Of a stretch of 64,000 bases of DNA, positions 51,470-60,353 are shown piece after piece; the first letter of the stretch is position 1; every line of letters starts with the position of its first letter. The notes below the pieces were generated by a model that saw nothing but the letters and a program-made list of their open reading frames with translations, had not been told where the DNA came from and did not search any database. Both the position numbers and the translations under genes were made by a program. Source of the DNA: Fervidobacterium sp. (lineage in GTDB: Bacteria > Thermotogota > Thermotogae > Thermotogales > Fervidobacteriaceae). Location: positions 372,406 through 436,405 of the forward strand of contig JBMFNR010000002.1 in NCBI GenBank assembly GCA_049970055.1. The letters run 5' to 3'.

Positions 51470-52771
51470 TTATTTAGCTTTAATTGTTGGGAACTGAACT
51501 GTTGTTACCTTTATTAATTTTGCTAATATCTTTGCGATATCCGTGTTATCCATGACTCCTGTAAAGTTCTCAGCACCGGGGCCGTAAGCGTACACAGGAA
51601 CAGGTTGAGCGGTATGATCATACGTTGTCCAACCAAACCCTACTTTAAAGCTTACATACCTTGCCAGTTCTCTTGCCAAGCTATTCGATGGCACCTTACT
51701 GAGATTTTCGTACTCAGCATCGTTCATATTGACTCCGTACCACTCCTTGATTCCAGTGATGAATTTTTCTTTATCGTTTACATTATATTGCTTCAAAAAC
51801 ATCTTCGTTGTACCTTTAGCTTTTCTTGCTTGTTCAACGTTGATGACGTAACCACCCGCGGACAGAGAAAGACCACCCGTTTCATGGTCGCCAAGAACGA
51901 TCACAAGTGTATTACCATCTTTTTTAGCGAAATCAAGAGCTACTTTTACCGCTTCGTCAAATTCGATAACTTCCTTCCAAACTCCATAAAAATCGTTGGT
52001 GTGAGCTTCCCAGTCTATCTGAGAACCCTCAACCATAAGCATGAATGGTTCACCGCCGGATGATAGAATTTCTATGGCCTTTTTCGTCATTAGATCGAGC
52101 CGTGGTTGCGTGGTAGGTCTATCGGAAACAGGGGAAAGTTCGTTTTTAGCGAATAATCCAACAACCTTCTTCGTTGAAGAATCCAATGTAATAAGTTCTT
52201 CCACGGTGGAGATGTACTTGTAGCCTTTTCTCTTTAACTCTTCTATGAGATTCAAGTTATCTGTTCTCACTCCGCCTTCAGCTGTTGGAAGGAACCATTG
52301 CCACCCACCACCAAAAGCTACATCAACAACTTCACCATTTACAAATTGTTTGGCAATACCGACCTCATCACTCCTGTTATTAACGTGAGCGAAAGCAGCT
52401 GCAGGTGTTGCGTGTGTAACTTGACAGGTAACGGCTATACCCATTTTGTAGCCCATTTTTTTGGCCAATTCAAATACGGAAGGTATCGGTTCGCCATTTG
52501 GTAAAACACCAATAGCTCTATTTAACGTTTTGAAACCGCTGAACAAGGCAGTTCCCGCTGGCGCGGAGTCGGTGACCCAAGAGTCCGCACTGTAGGTGGT
52601 TGTTAAGCCTACATATGGAAGAGTCATAATGTTTAGAATTTTACCTTCGAGAATACTTGCAAGGAAAAGTTGATTTGTTGACATACCATCTCCAACAAGG
52701 AAAATCACGTTTAAGGCAAACACCGAGTAGATAATCAGTAAAGACACGAGAGTGAGTACTCTTTTAACCAT
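51470..52771 (-). CDS. phoA: Alkaline phosphatase
   Basis: Signal peptide, GDGM, TDSA, HATPAA, EG..ID..AH, DHETGG, HT. Confidence 0.93.
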   Translation of the reverse strand: MVKRVLTLVSLLIIYSVFALNVIFLVGDGMSTNQLFLASILEGKILNIMTLPYVGLTTTYSADSWVTDSAPAGTALFSGFKTLNRAIGVLPNGEPIPSVFELAKKMGYKMGIAVTCQVTHATPAAAFAHVNNRSDEVGIAKQFVNGEVVDVAFGGGWQWFLPTAEGGVRTDNLNLIEELKRKGYKYISTVEELITLDSSTKKVVGLFAKNELSPVSDRPTTQPRLDLMTKKAIEILSSGGEPFMLMVEGSQIDWEAHTNDFYGVWKEVIEFDEAVKVALDFAKKDGNTLVIVLGDHETGGLSLSAGGYVINVEQARKAKGTTKMFLKQYNVNDKEKFITGIKEWYGVNMNDAEYENLSKVPSNSLARELARYVSFKVGFGWTTYDHTAQPVPVYAYGPGAENFTGVMDNTDIAKILAKLIKVTTVQFPTIKAK

Positions 52772-52931
52772 ATTCTCCACCTCCAATATCAGGATGAGAT
52801 TTGGATCTGGATACTGTAAGTATACTACAAAATGTTTATTAACTATTTATTGAAAAATGTAAAATCAATTTTTAGTAGTATAATATCGTCATAAAAGCTT
52901 TCTTCACTTTGTGGATAATGAGGGGTATGCT

Positions 52932-53024
52932 ATGATGGGTAAAATTGCGCTGGGGTTTTTAGCGGTATTTTTGTCACTAGTTGTCTTTCAAATTCAAATT
53001 TTCTTTGCAATAGAAATTAGATAA
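52932..53024 (+). CDS. Candidate small hydrophobic ORF (30 aa) or gene remnant
   Basis: MMGKIALGFLAVFLSLVVFQIQIFFAIEIR; preceded by GAGGGG and by TATAAT at 52879. Confidence 0.4.
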   Translation: MMGKIALGFLAVFLSLVVFQIQIFFAIEIR

Positions 53025-54319
53025 TCGATAGTGTCTTGGTACGACATCTTTTCTTTTATTCCCTGTCTTAAGAATTTGTTTATTTCATCGATTAACTCAA
53101 TTGATTTATCAATTTTTGGATTTGCACCTTTTTTGTAAGCTCCAACATCGATTAAATCTTTCGCATCGTTGTATGTAGCCAATATGTCTCTTATCATCCT
53201 TGCAGCTTGTAAGTGCTCAGGCTTAGCTATGTCCACCATTAGCCTGCTTATACTCATGAGTACATCAATAGCAGGGAAATGATTTGATTCGGCAAGTTTT
53301 CTTGATAAGATTATGTGACCATCAACAATACCACGTACCGTATCTGAAATTGGTTCATTAAAATCATCCGCTTCAACAAGCACTGTGTAAATACCTGTTA
53401 TGCTACCTTTGTCAGAGTTACCAGCACGCTCTAAGATTTTTGGTAATTGCGCAAATACACTGGGTGGATATCCTCTCGTTGTTGGTGGTTCGCCTATTGC
53501 AAGTCCAACTTCTCTCTGCGCCATCGCCCACCTTGTTAATGAATCAACCATGAGCATTACGGCGTACCCTTTGTCTCTAAAATACTCCGCGATAGTCGTT
53601 GCCGTGAGAAGTGCTTTGATCCGAAGTAACGCTGGTTGGTCTGAAGTTGAGACAACAACAATTGAACGCTTAAGTCCTTCTTCTCCCAGATCTTTTTCAA
53701 TAAATTCCCTAACTTCTCTTCCACGTTCACCAATAAGTGCTATCACGTTTATATCAGCAGTCGTGTTTCGAGCGATCATACCAAGCAACGTGCTTTTCCC
53801 AACGCCACTTCCAGCAAATATTCCTATTCGCTGCCCCTTACCAAGTGTTAGAAAACCATCAATTGCCCTGACACCAACTGGTAATGGTTCTAGAATTCGC
53901 CTTCTAATCAAAGGATTTGGCGCATTGTTTACTATTTGTCTGGATTCTTTAAGTATTAATCTTTTGCCATCGATTGGCCGACCAAGCGCGTCAATTACCC
54001 GACTTTTTAACTCCTCACCAACAGGTACACTAACCGTTCGCCCGGTTTTTAAAACTTCGCATCCCTTTTTAAGTCCCGTTATATCTTCAAGGGGCATTAA
54101 AATGGTAAATTCATCCCGAAAGCCTACGACTTCAGCAAGCACTTTTTTACTTCCAACTAGTATTTTGCACAGTTCACCAAGTGCGGCGTCAGGTCCCTTC
54201 GATTCTATGGTTAAGCCTATTATCTTTTGCACTTCTCCTGTGTAATCATATGGATTTATCTTCTTTATCTTATCTTCGATAATTTCTAAAGTTTTTAGAT
54301 ATTCGTGGATTTTTGTCAT
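52994..54319 (-). CDS. fliI: Flagellar export ATPase FliI
   Basis: GQRIGIFAGSGVGKS, GERGRE, DSLTR, GEPPTTRGYPPS. Confidence 0.95.
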   Translation of the reverse strand: MTKIHEYLKTLEIIEDKIKKINPYDYTGEVQKIIGLTIESKGPDAALGELCKILVGSKKVLAEVVGFRDEFTILMPLEDITGLKKGCEVLKTGRTVSVPVGEELKSRVIDALGRPIDGKRLILKESRQIVNNAPNPLIRRRILEPLPVGVRAIDGFLTLGKGQRIGIFAGSGVGKSTLLGMIARNTTADINVIALIGERGREVREFIEKDLGEEGLKRSIVVVSTSDQPALLRIKALLTATTIAEYFRDKGYAVMLMVDSLTRWAMAQREVGLAIGEPPTTRGYPPSVFAQLPKILERAGNSDKGSITGIYTVLVEADDFNEPISDTVRGIVDGHIILSRKLAESNHFPAIDVLMSISRLMVDIAKPEHLQAARMIRDILATYNDAKDLIDVGAYKKGANPKIDKSIELIDEINKFLRQGIKEKMSYQDTIDYLISIAKKI

Positions 54320-54329
54320 ACCCATCTCC

Positions 54330-55028
54330 CTACGATTCTTCTTTGAAAACTTCTTCGAATATTTCATCTAGTAAGTTAAACTGGAATTTCAATGTTGTAT
54401 CGATACTTCCGAAATCTGTTTCCGCGATGACTCCGTATTGTACATCTTTGTTCGGTAATATTTCGTAACCTCTTGACTTTATTTCTCTCAATGTTTGTTC
54501 ATCGATGTGTGCTATGTCTTGAGGGTTTATATGTAGTTTTACCTTTGTTGCCCCGACAACGTGCGAAAGGACTTTTTCAAGCTTTCTTTTAGTTACTTCC
54601 GGATCTATCTGCTTTTCGAGAAATTTTTCAACCAGTATCTTTGATATACTTGTCATTTTTTCTGCGTACATAGACAGAAGTAAATTGAGATTTTCATCAA
54701 ATGATTTGATGATATCTAGTATTTTTCCATTCATGTTCTCTTTTAATCGTTGAACTTCCAAGTTAGTTTTTTCTATTATTTGTTGAGCTTGTTCGGTTGC
54801 CTGGTTTATGATCTGGTTGTATTCTTGCTGCGCTTGTAAAACTATTTCATCTGCGCGAGCTTTCGCATCAAACACCATTTGTTCTGCTTGTTTATTAGCT
54901 TGTGCGATAAGCTCAAGCAGTTGTTTTTGCCTTTCATTTTCAATTTCTGTTTCTTCGATTTGTGTTTCATTCTTCAATTCGATCTTCAGAGGAGCATCAA
55001 GATACACAAAGCGCTTCCGAATAAGCAT
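54330..55028 (-). CDS. fliH: Flagellar assembly protein FliH
   Basis: AxxxA helical repeats, C-terminal INPQD...GVIAETDFGSID; adjacent to fliI. Confidence 0.8.
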   Translation of the reverse strand: MLIRKRFVYLDAPLKIELKNETQIEETEIENERQKQLLELIAQANKQAEQMVFDAKARADEIVLQAQQEYNQIINQATEQAQQIIEKTNLEVQRLKENMNGKILDIIKSFDENLNLLLSMYAEKMTSISKILVEKFLEKQIDPEVTKRKLEKVLSHVVGATKVKLHINPQDIAHIDEQTLREIKSRGYEILPNKDVQYGVIAETDFGSIDTTLKFQFNLLDEIFEEVFKEES

Positions 55029-55114
55029 TAAAGATCACTCCGGGTTTTTGTTTTCATTATCCATTATACCACATAAACTGGATACGACGAGCTTTTATCA
55101 TGCTGTAGTATTTT

Positions 55115-55145
55115 AAAAAGTGCTGGGGTTGCCCAGCACTTTTTT
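55115..55145 (-). terminator. Terminator after ackA
   Basis: aaaaagtgctggg-gttg-cccagcactttttt. Confidence 0.85.
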
Positions 55146-55152
55146 ACCTTGC

Positions 55153-56373
55153 TTAGTATTCGAGTTGTTTGATGCCCTTTTCAACAATTTCTTTTGTATC
55201 TCTCGCTATCATAAGTTCTTCATTTGTTGGGACAAGGAGAACTTTAACTTTTGAGTCAGGTGTGGAGATAATTCTTTCTTCTCCTTTTATGTTATTTTTC
55301 TCATCATCAATCTTGATACCAAGGAATGAAAGGTAGTTTTCACATACTTCCTTTCTTGTAACTGGCGAATTTTCACCAACTCCTGCAGTAAAGGCTATGG
55401 CGTCAACACCATTCATCGCGGCAACGTATGCTCCTATGTATTTGGCTATCCTGTACTCATAGATATCAAGTGCAAGCCTACAGACAGGATCACCTTCAAG
55501 TGCTTTATCTTCAATATCTCTCATATCAGAACTGAAACCGTCGGTAAGACCAAGTACACCGCTCTTCTTGTTTAGTATGGTGTAAACTTCCTCAGCAGTT
55601 AGGCCTTCTCTTTCCATAAGGAAAGTGACTATCGATGGGTCAATATCTCCTGAACGTGTACCCATAACAAGACCTTCAAGTGGTGTGAACCCCATCGAAG
55701 TGTCGATGCTATGGCCGTTCATAACGGCAGCGATCGATGCACCGTTACCTAGGTGTACTGTGATTATTTTCGCTTTATTGTAGTCAAGGCCAAGGATCTC
55801 TGCTGTACGCTTTGAGACGTATCTATGACTTGTTCCGTGGAAACCGTACCTTCTGATTTTGTACTTTTTGTAGTATTCGTACGGTATGGCGTATAGGTAA
55901 GCTTTTGCCGGCATTTTTGAGTGAAATGCTGTGTCGAAGACAGCTACATTAGGTACTCCGGGAAGAAGTTTCATCATAGCTCTTATACCCATTATGTTTG
56001 GTGGGTTGTGAAGTGGGGCAAGGTATGAATACTCCTCAAGCGCTCTCATGACCTCTTCATCGATGAGAACGGAACCTGAAAATTTTTCACCACCGTGGAC
56101 AACTCTGTGTCCAACGGCATCTATCTCTTTTAAATCTTTTACTCCACCCACTTTGTCATCTACTACGAGTTCAAGTACGTATTTGAGGGCCTCTTCGTGA
56201 TCTTTCATAGGTTTCTCAACAACAACCTTTTGATCGTCTTTTTTATGGACAATCCTGCTACCTGGGATTCCTATTCTTTCTGCAATCCCTTTACAAAGGA
56301 CTTGTTCCGTGTCCATATCAAGAAACTGATACTTAATCGAGGAGCTTCCACAGTTTACAACCAATACTCGCAC
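55153..56373 (-). CDS. ackA: Acetate kinase
   Basis: [38 protein letters not shown]. Confidence 0.97.
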   Translation of the reverse strand: MRVLVVNCGSSSIKYQFLDMDTEQVLCKGIAERIGIPGSRIVHKKDDQKVVVEKPMKDHEEALKYVLELVVDDKVGGVKDLKEIDAVGHRVVHGGEKFSGSVLIDEEVMRALEEYSYLAPLHNPPNIMGIRAMMKLLPGVPNVAVFDTAFHSKMPAKAYLYAIPYEYYKKYKIRRYGFHGTSHRYVSKRTAEILGLDYNKAKIITVHLGNGASIAAVMNGHSIDTSMGFTPLEGLVMGTRSGDIDPSIVTFLMEREGLTAEEVYTILNKKSGVLGLTDGFSSDMRDIEDKALEGDPVCRLALDIYEYRIAKYIGAYVAAMNGVDAIAFTAGVGENSPVTRKEVCENYLSFLGIKIDDEKNNIKGEERIISTPDSKVKVLLVPTNEELMIARDTKEIVEKGIKQLEY

Positions 56374-56400
56374 ACGTATCCCTCCTAAGCTTTGGGCTTT

Positions 56401-57336
56401 TTAGGCTTTGCCAGCACATCCAAGAAATTCAAGTCTGTTCATAACGACTTCTTTAACTAATTTTTTCCCAGCACCAAGGTAATGTCTTGGGTCGAATTCT
56501 TTTGGATTTTCTTTTAAAAACTTCCTTAAACCTGCTATGAAGGCTATTCTCAAATCTGTGTCTGTATTAACTTTGTTTATACCAAGTTCCACACACTTTT
56601 TCAATTCCTCTTCTGGGACACCTTTTGCACCACCGAGGTCTGCTCCATATTCTTCTGCCAGTTTCACGTATTCAGGTAGTACGCTCGACGCACCATGAAG
56701 TACTAGAGGAATCTCGGTAAGTTCTTTAACTTTCTTGAGTCTTTCAAAGTCAAGCTTAGCTTCACCTTTAAATTTGAATGCACCGTGACTTGTTCCAATG
56801 GCCGGTGCTAAGAAATCAACTCCAGTTTCCTCGACGAATATCTTTGCTTGTTCAGGATCAACGAGAACATTTTCTGCCGCTGAGACATTGTCCTCTATGC
56901 CTGCAAGCTGGCCAAGTTCAGCTTCAACAGAAACTCCAGCTGCGTGTGCGATTTTTACTATTTCTTTTGTTTTTTTCATATTTTCTTCGAATGGTTCTTC
57001 AGACGCATCGATCATAACTGAAGAATATCCAGCTTTTATCGCTGCTATTATATACTCGAAGTGCTTACCGTGGTCAAGGTGCAAAGCAATTGGTATATCA
57101 ACACTATCAGCAAATAACTTTACCAGTTCAACGAAATATCTTGCTCCCTTAAATATATCACCGTTTCCTGCATACTTTATTGCTCCCTCGCTTGTTTCAA
57201 TGATTAACGGGGCTCTTTTTTCAACTGCACCATCTAAGATTGCATGAAAAAATTCCATGTTGTTAATGTTGAAAGCAGGTACCGCATAATAACCCTTGCT
57301 TGCCTTTTCAAGAATCTCTTTTGTGTTGACGTACAT
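56401..57336 (-). CDS. fba: Class II fructose-1,6-bisphosphate aldolase
   Basis: LHLDHG, SSVMIDAS, VEAELG, GTSHG, LHGASS, KVN. Confidence 0.95.
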   Translation of the reverse strand: MYVNTKEILEKASKGYYAVPAFNINNMEFFHAILDGAVEKRAPLIIETSEGAIKYAGNGDIFKGARYFVELVKLFADSVDIPIALHLDHGKHFEYIIAAIKAGYSSVMIDASEEPFEENMKKTKEIVKIAHAAGVSVEAELGQLAGIEDNVSAAENVLVDPEQAKIFVEETGVDFLAPAIGTSHGAFKFKGEAKLDFERLKKVKELTEIPLVLHGASSVLPEYVKLAEEYGADLGGAKGVPEEELKKCVELGINKVNTDTDLRIAFIAGLRKFLKENPKEFDPRHYLGAGKKLVKEVVMNRLEFLGCAGKA

Positions 57337-57421
57337 AAAATCATCCTCCTTTTAAATATGTTAGATAACTGATTTTTTTACACAAATTGTACATAACGAT
57401 TATACCACATTTTCTCTGAAT

Positions 57422-57453
57422 AAAAAACACCTGCCACAAAATGGGCAGGTGTT
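57422..57453 (-). terminator. Terminator after thiI
   Basis: aacacctgcc-loop-ggcaggtgtt, with an A-run on + (U-run on -). Confidence 0.8.
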
Positions 57454-57454
57454 A

Positions 57455-58624
57455 TTATTCGTTCTCTATTTTGTAAATTTCTCTCCTTTTAAATGCTTCA
57501 TATTCAAGATCATGCAGTTTTTCAAGCTTCTGTTCGATCTTTCTAATCTCGTTTATATCAGATTTTGTGGTCGGCTTTTTTGGTGCGAATGCAACACAAC
57601 TATCTATGTATGGTTGGATCGATATCTCGAAAGTGCCAATTTCCTTAGCTTTTTGAGTTGTTTCAGTTTTATCAAACCCTATAAGAGGTCTAAGTACAAT
57701 CAATGAACTTGCATCTTCTATAGCGGCCATGTTTGTCAATGTTTGACTTGCTACTTGCCCAAGATTTTCACCAGTAATAAGTGCTTTGGCTTTAACACGC
57801 CGTGCGATGAGACTTGCAATTCTTATCATGGACCTTCTTTGCAAAATCAAAGAATACTCGTCTGGAGCATTTTCTTTTATATACATCTGTACATCTGTCA
57901 GAGGTACTATCCACATACGTAATCCATTAGGTAAATATCTTGAAAGTACACTTCCAAGAGACAGTATCTTTTCAACGGACTTTTCAGTAGTCATTGGAGG
58001 ACTTAAGAATGTCAATGTTTGTAATTCAAGCCCCCTCCTCATGGCATACCAACCAGCAACAGGGCTATCTATTCCACCACTTAATAACAACAACGCTCTT
58101 CCAGAAACCCCTACTGGAAGTCCACCAAAGAGTTTAGTTTTTCCAGAAAAAACGAATATTTCCTTTTCTCTCACATCAATACCTATCTCGAACTCAGGCT
58201 TGTGTACGTCTACTTTTAGGCCTTCGATATTCTCGTATATGTATCCACCAATCTCCCTATTTATTTCTAGACTGTTCATCGGAAAAGCTTTGTATCCTCT
58301 TTTAGCTGAAACTTTGAATGTTTTAAGGCCCTTGCTAAATTCCTGCTTTGCAAGTTCTATGGCGATTTTCTTAACTTTTTCAACATCATGTTCTAACGCA
58401 TAGCCAAGACTGTAATTTTGTATTCCCATAACGTACTTTAGTCTCTCTTCGAGCACTTGAGGATCATTTCTCCCAATTCTTACAATAATCCTTCCATACC
58501 TTTTATTGACAGCACTAGGCCGCACAATCTTCAATATGTTGTCTATTAATTTCTTCTCAAAAAATTCTCTATTTTTACCTTTTAGACCTATCTCCGCGTA
58601 TCTAATTACAAAGACCTTTTCCAT
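57455..58624 (-). CDS. thiI: tRNA 4-thiouridine synthase ThiI (no rhodanese domain)
   Basis: RYAEIGLKGKNR, THUMP domain, SGGIDSPVA, GENLGQVASQT. Start ATG 58624. Confidence 0.93.
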   Translation of the reverse strand: MEKVFVIRYAEIGLKGKNREFFEKKLIDNILKIVRPSAVNKRYGRIIVRIGRNDPQVLEERLKYVMGIQNYSLGYALEHDVEKVKKIAIELAKQEFSKGLKTFKVSAKRGYKAFPMNSLEINREIGGYIYENIEGLKVDVHKPEFEIGIDVREKEIFVFSGKTKLFGGLPVGVSGRALLLLSGGIDSPVAGWYAMRRGLELQTLTFLSPPMTTEKSVEKILSLGSVLSRYLPNGLRMWIVPLTDVQMYIKENAPDEYSLILQRRSMIRIASLIARRVKAKALITGENLGQVASQTLTNMAAIEDASSLIVLRPLIGFDKTETTQKAKEIGTFEISIQPYIDSCVAFAPKKPTTKSDINEIRKIEQKLEKLHDLEYEAFKRREIYKIENE

Positions 58625-58889
58625 CTCCACTCCTCCCTTTGGTGAAATAATTATATCACCTATCATTTGTTGTGTACAGATATTGTTGGCAAATACATCA
58701 GAGCTTGCGTGATAAGGTAGGAAACTACTCTGAAAGCGGTCTCATCAAGGTCGGCAAAGTGGATGTAAATAAAACAATAGAAAAAGGAGAAAAAACACAA
58801 CAGGAATGTTAAACTTAAACACTCTTCTTCAAAAGATCCATGGTTATCTTCTATAAGGAATGACAAATGAAAGCACGGTTACTTATCAA

Positions 58890-59432
58890 TTATTTTCTTT
58901 CATATAATCCAATGATTTCACAGCTATCTATGATGTGTCCTTTTATAGCTCTTTCAAGATCTACCTTCTTTACTTTTCCTTTCAACTCGATCATAGTGTC
59001 TAAAGCGTAAACTTTGAAGTGGTAGTGATGAATACCATGTCCTTTTGGTGGGCACGGCCCATTGTATCCGATTTTTCCAAAGTCGTTGTAACCTTGCATA
59101 GTACCATCGGGTAATTTTTCTAATTTTTTCAAGCCTTCTGGTATTTTAACATTGTTACCGGACACGGGTACGTTCCATATAACCCAGTGGACAAAGGTTC
59201 CAATAGGTGCATCTGGATCATCGCATATTATCGCAATACTCTTTGCATTTTGTGGGACATTGCTAATTAAAAGTTCAGGGTTTATGTCTTCACCTTCGCA
59301 AGCGTATTTCTTCGGTATGAACTCCCCGTTTTTAAATGCACTCGTAACTAACATACTTTTTCCTCCTTTCGTTGTGGCCAAAGTGAGTAAGATCAAACTT
59401 AAAAACAGCACAATGAGTAGTATTTTCTTCAT
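58890..59432 (-). CDS. YbhB/YbcL (PEBP/RKIP-like) protein
   Basis: DDPDAP, HWV, GPCPP, HHYHF.VYALD; signal peptide from ATG 59432. Confidence 0.92.
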   Translation of the reverse strand: MKKILLIVLFLSLILLTLATTKGGKSMLVTSAFKNGEFIPKKYACEGEDINPELLISNVPQNAKSIAIICDDPDAPIGTFVHWVIWNVPVSGNNVKIPEGLKKLEKLPDGTMQGYNDFGKIGYNGPCPPKGHGIHHYHFKVYALDTMIELKGKVKKVDLERAIKGHIIDSCEIIGLYERK

Positions 59433-59601
59433 TTTTTCCCTCCTTTCATGTGTTGAAAAGCACTCTCTAAACACAATTATAACTCAATTTTAACAGTTAG
59501 GTTCAAGTGAGTTTCGGAGAATTTTAATATGAGTTACAGTACGATAAGTGGTATAATCGATATTGAAGGTTAAACAAAAATTACACATAGGGGTGAGTGG
59601 T

Positions 59602-60333
59602 GTGGAAAAAGTTGCCGTTGTGAGTGGTGGTGGAAAGAATATAGGTAAGGGTATAGTTTTAGAATTTCTTAGGAATGGTTGGAACGTTGGAATAATCGAT
59701 ATCGATAAAAAGGCTCTTGATGAACTCGATTTTGATAAAAATTTTGAAAATAGAGTTTTAATATACTATGGTGATGTTTCCGACGAATACGCAGTGGCGG
59801 AGTTTTACTTGAAAATAAGGGAAAAATTTGGGAGGCTTGATGCAATTATAAATAACGCAGCAACAAGCTCATTTAAAGATTTTCTGAGCCTAACAGTTAA
59901 CGAATGGAAAAGAGTAATAGATGTAAATTTAACAGGCTACTTTCTAATGACACGGTTTGGAGTGCCTATAATGCTTGAGAATCCTGGAAAAGGTGCAATT
60001 GTAAACATATCCTCCACAAGGGCACTTATGTCAGAACCAGGTAATGAAGCGTATAGTTCGTCTAAGGCAGGTATTTTAGGTTTAACGCATGCACTTGCAA
60101 ATTCGTTAGCACCTAAAGTTCGTGTTAATGCAATCTGCCCTGGTTGGATTTTACACGAAAACGAAGAAATCTCGCAAGAAGAACATTCTCAGCACCTAAC
60201 AGGTAGAGCCGGAACGATACAGGATATATCCAACATCGTTATATTTCTTGTCGACGAGGAGAAAAGTGGGTTTATAACAGGTCAGTGTTTTGTAGTGGAT
60301 GGAGGTATGACCAAGAAAATGATTTACTTATAA
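59602..60333 (+). CDS. Short-chain dehydrogenase/reductase
   Basis: SGGGKNIG, NNA, YSSSK, PG. Confidence 0.92.
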   Translation: MEKVAVVSGGGKNIGKGIVLEFLRNGWNVGIIDIDKKALDELDFDKNFENRVLIYYGDVSDEYAVAEFYLKIREKFGRLDAIINNAATSSFKDFLSLTVNEWKRVIDVNLTGYFLMTRFGVPIMLENPGKGAIVNISSTRALMSEPGNEAYSSSKAGILGLTHALANSLAPKVRVNAICPGWILHENEEISQEEHSQHLTGRAGTIQDISNIVIFLVDEEKSGFITGQCFVVDGGMTKKMIYL

Positions 60334-60353
60334 AAACGTATGAGGTGATGTAG

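Noticed and set aside
53400..54245. 281-aa + strand ORF
   Set aside because: Antisense shadow of the highly conserved fliI; no RBS or family motifs.
57786..58403. 205-aa + strand ORF and the many other short ORFs antisense to real genes
   Set aside because: Shadow frames of thiI and other confidently assigned CDSs, with Ser/Ile/Phe-biased composition.
58640..58890. Intergenic stretch between thiI and ybhB (67-aa minus ORF; short + frame VYRYCWQIHQSLRDK...)
   Set aside because: No RBS, recognisable domain, terminal repeats or convincing RNA structure. It may be a gene remnant but this cannot be supported.
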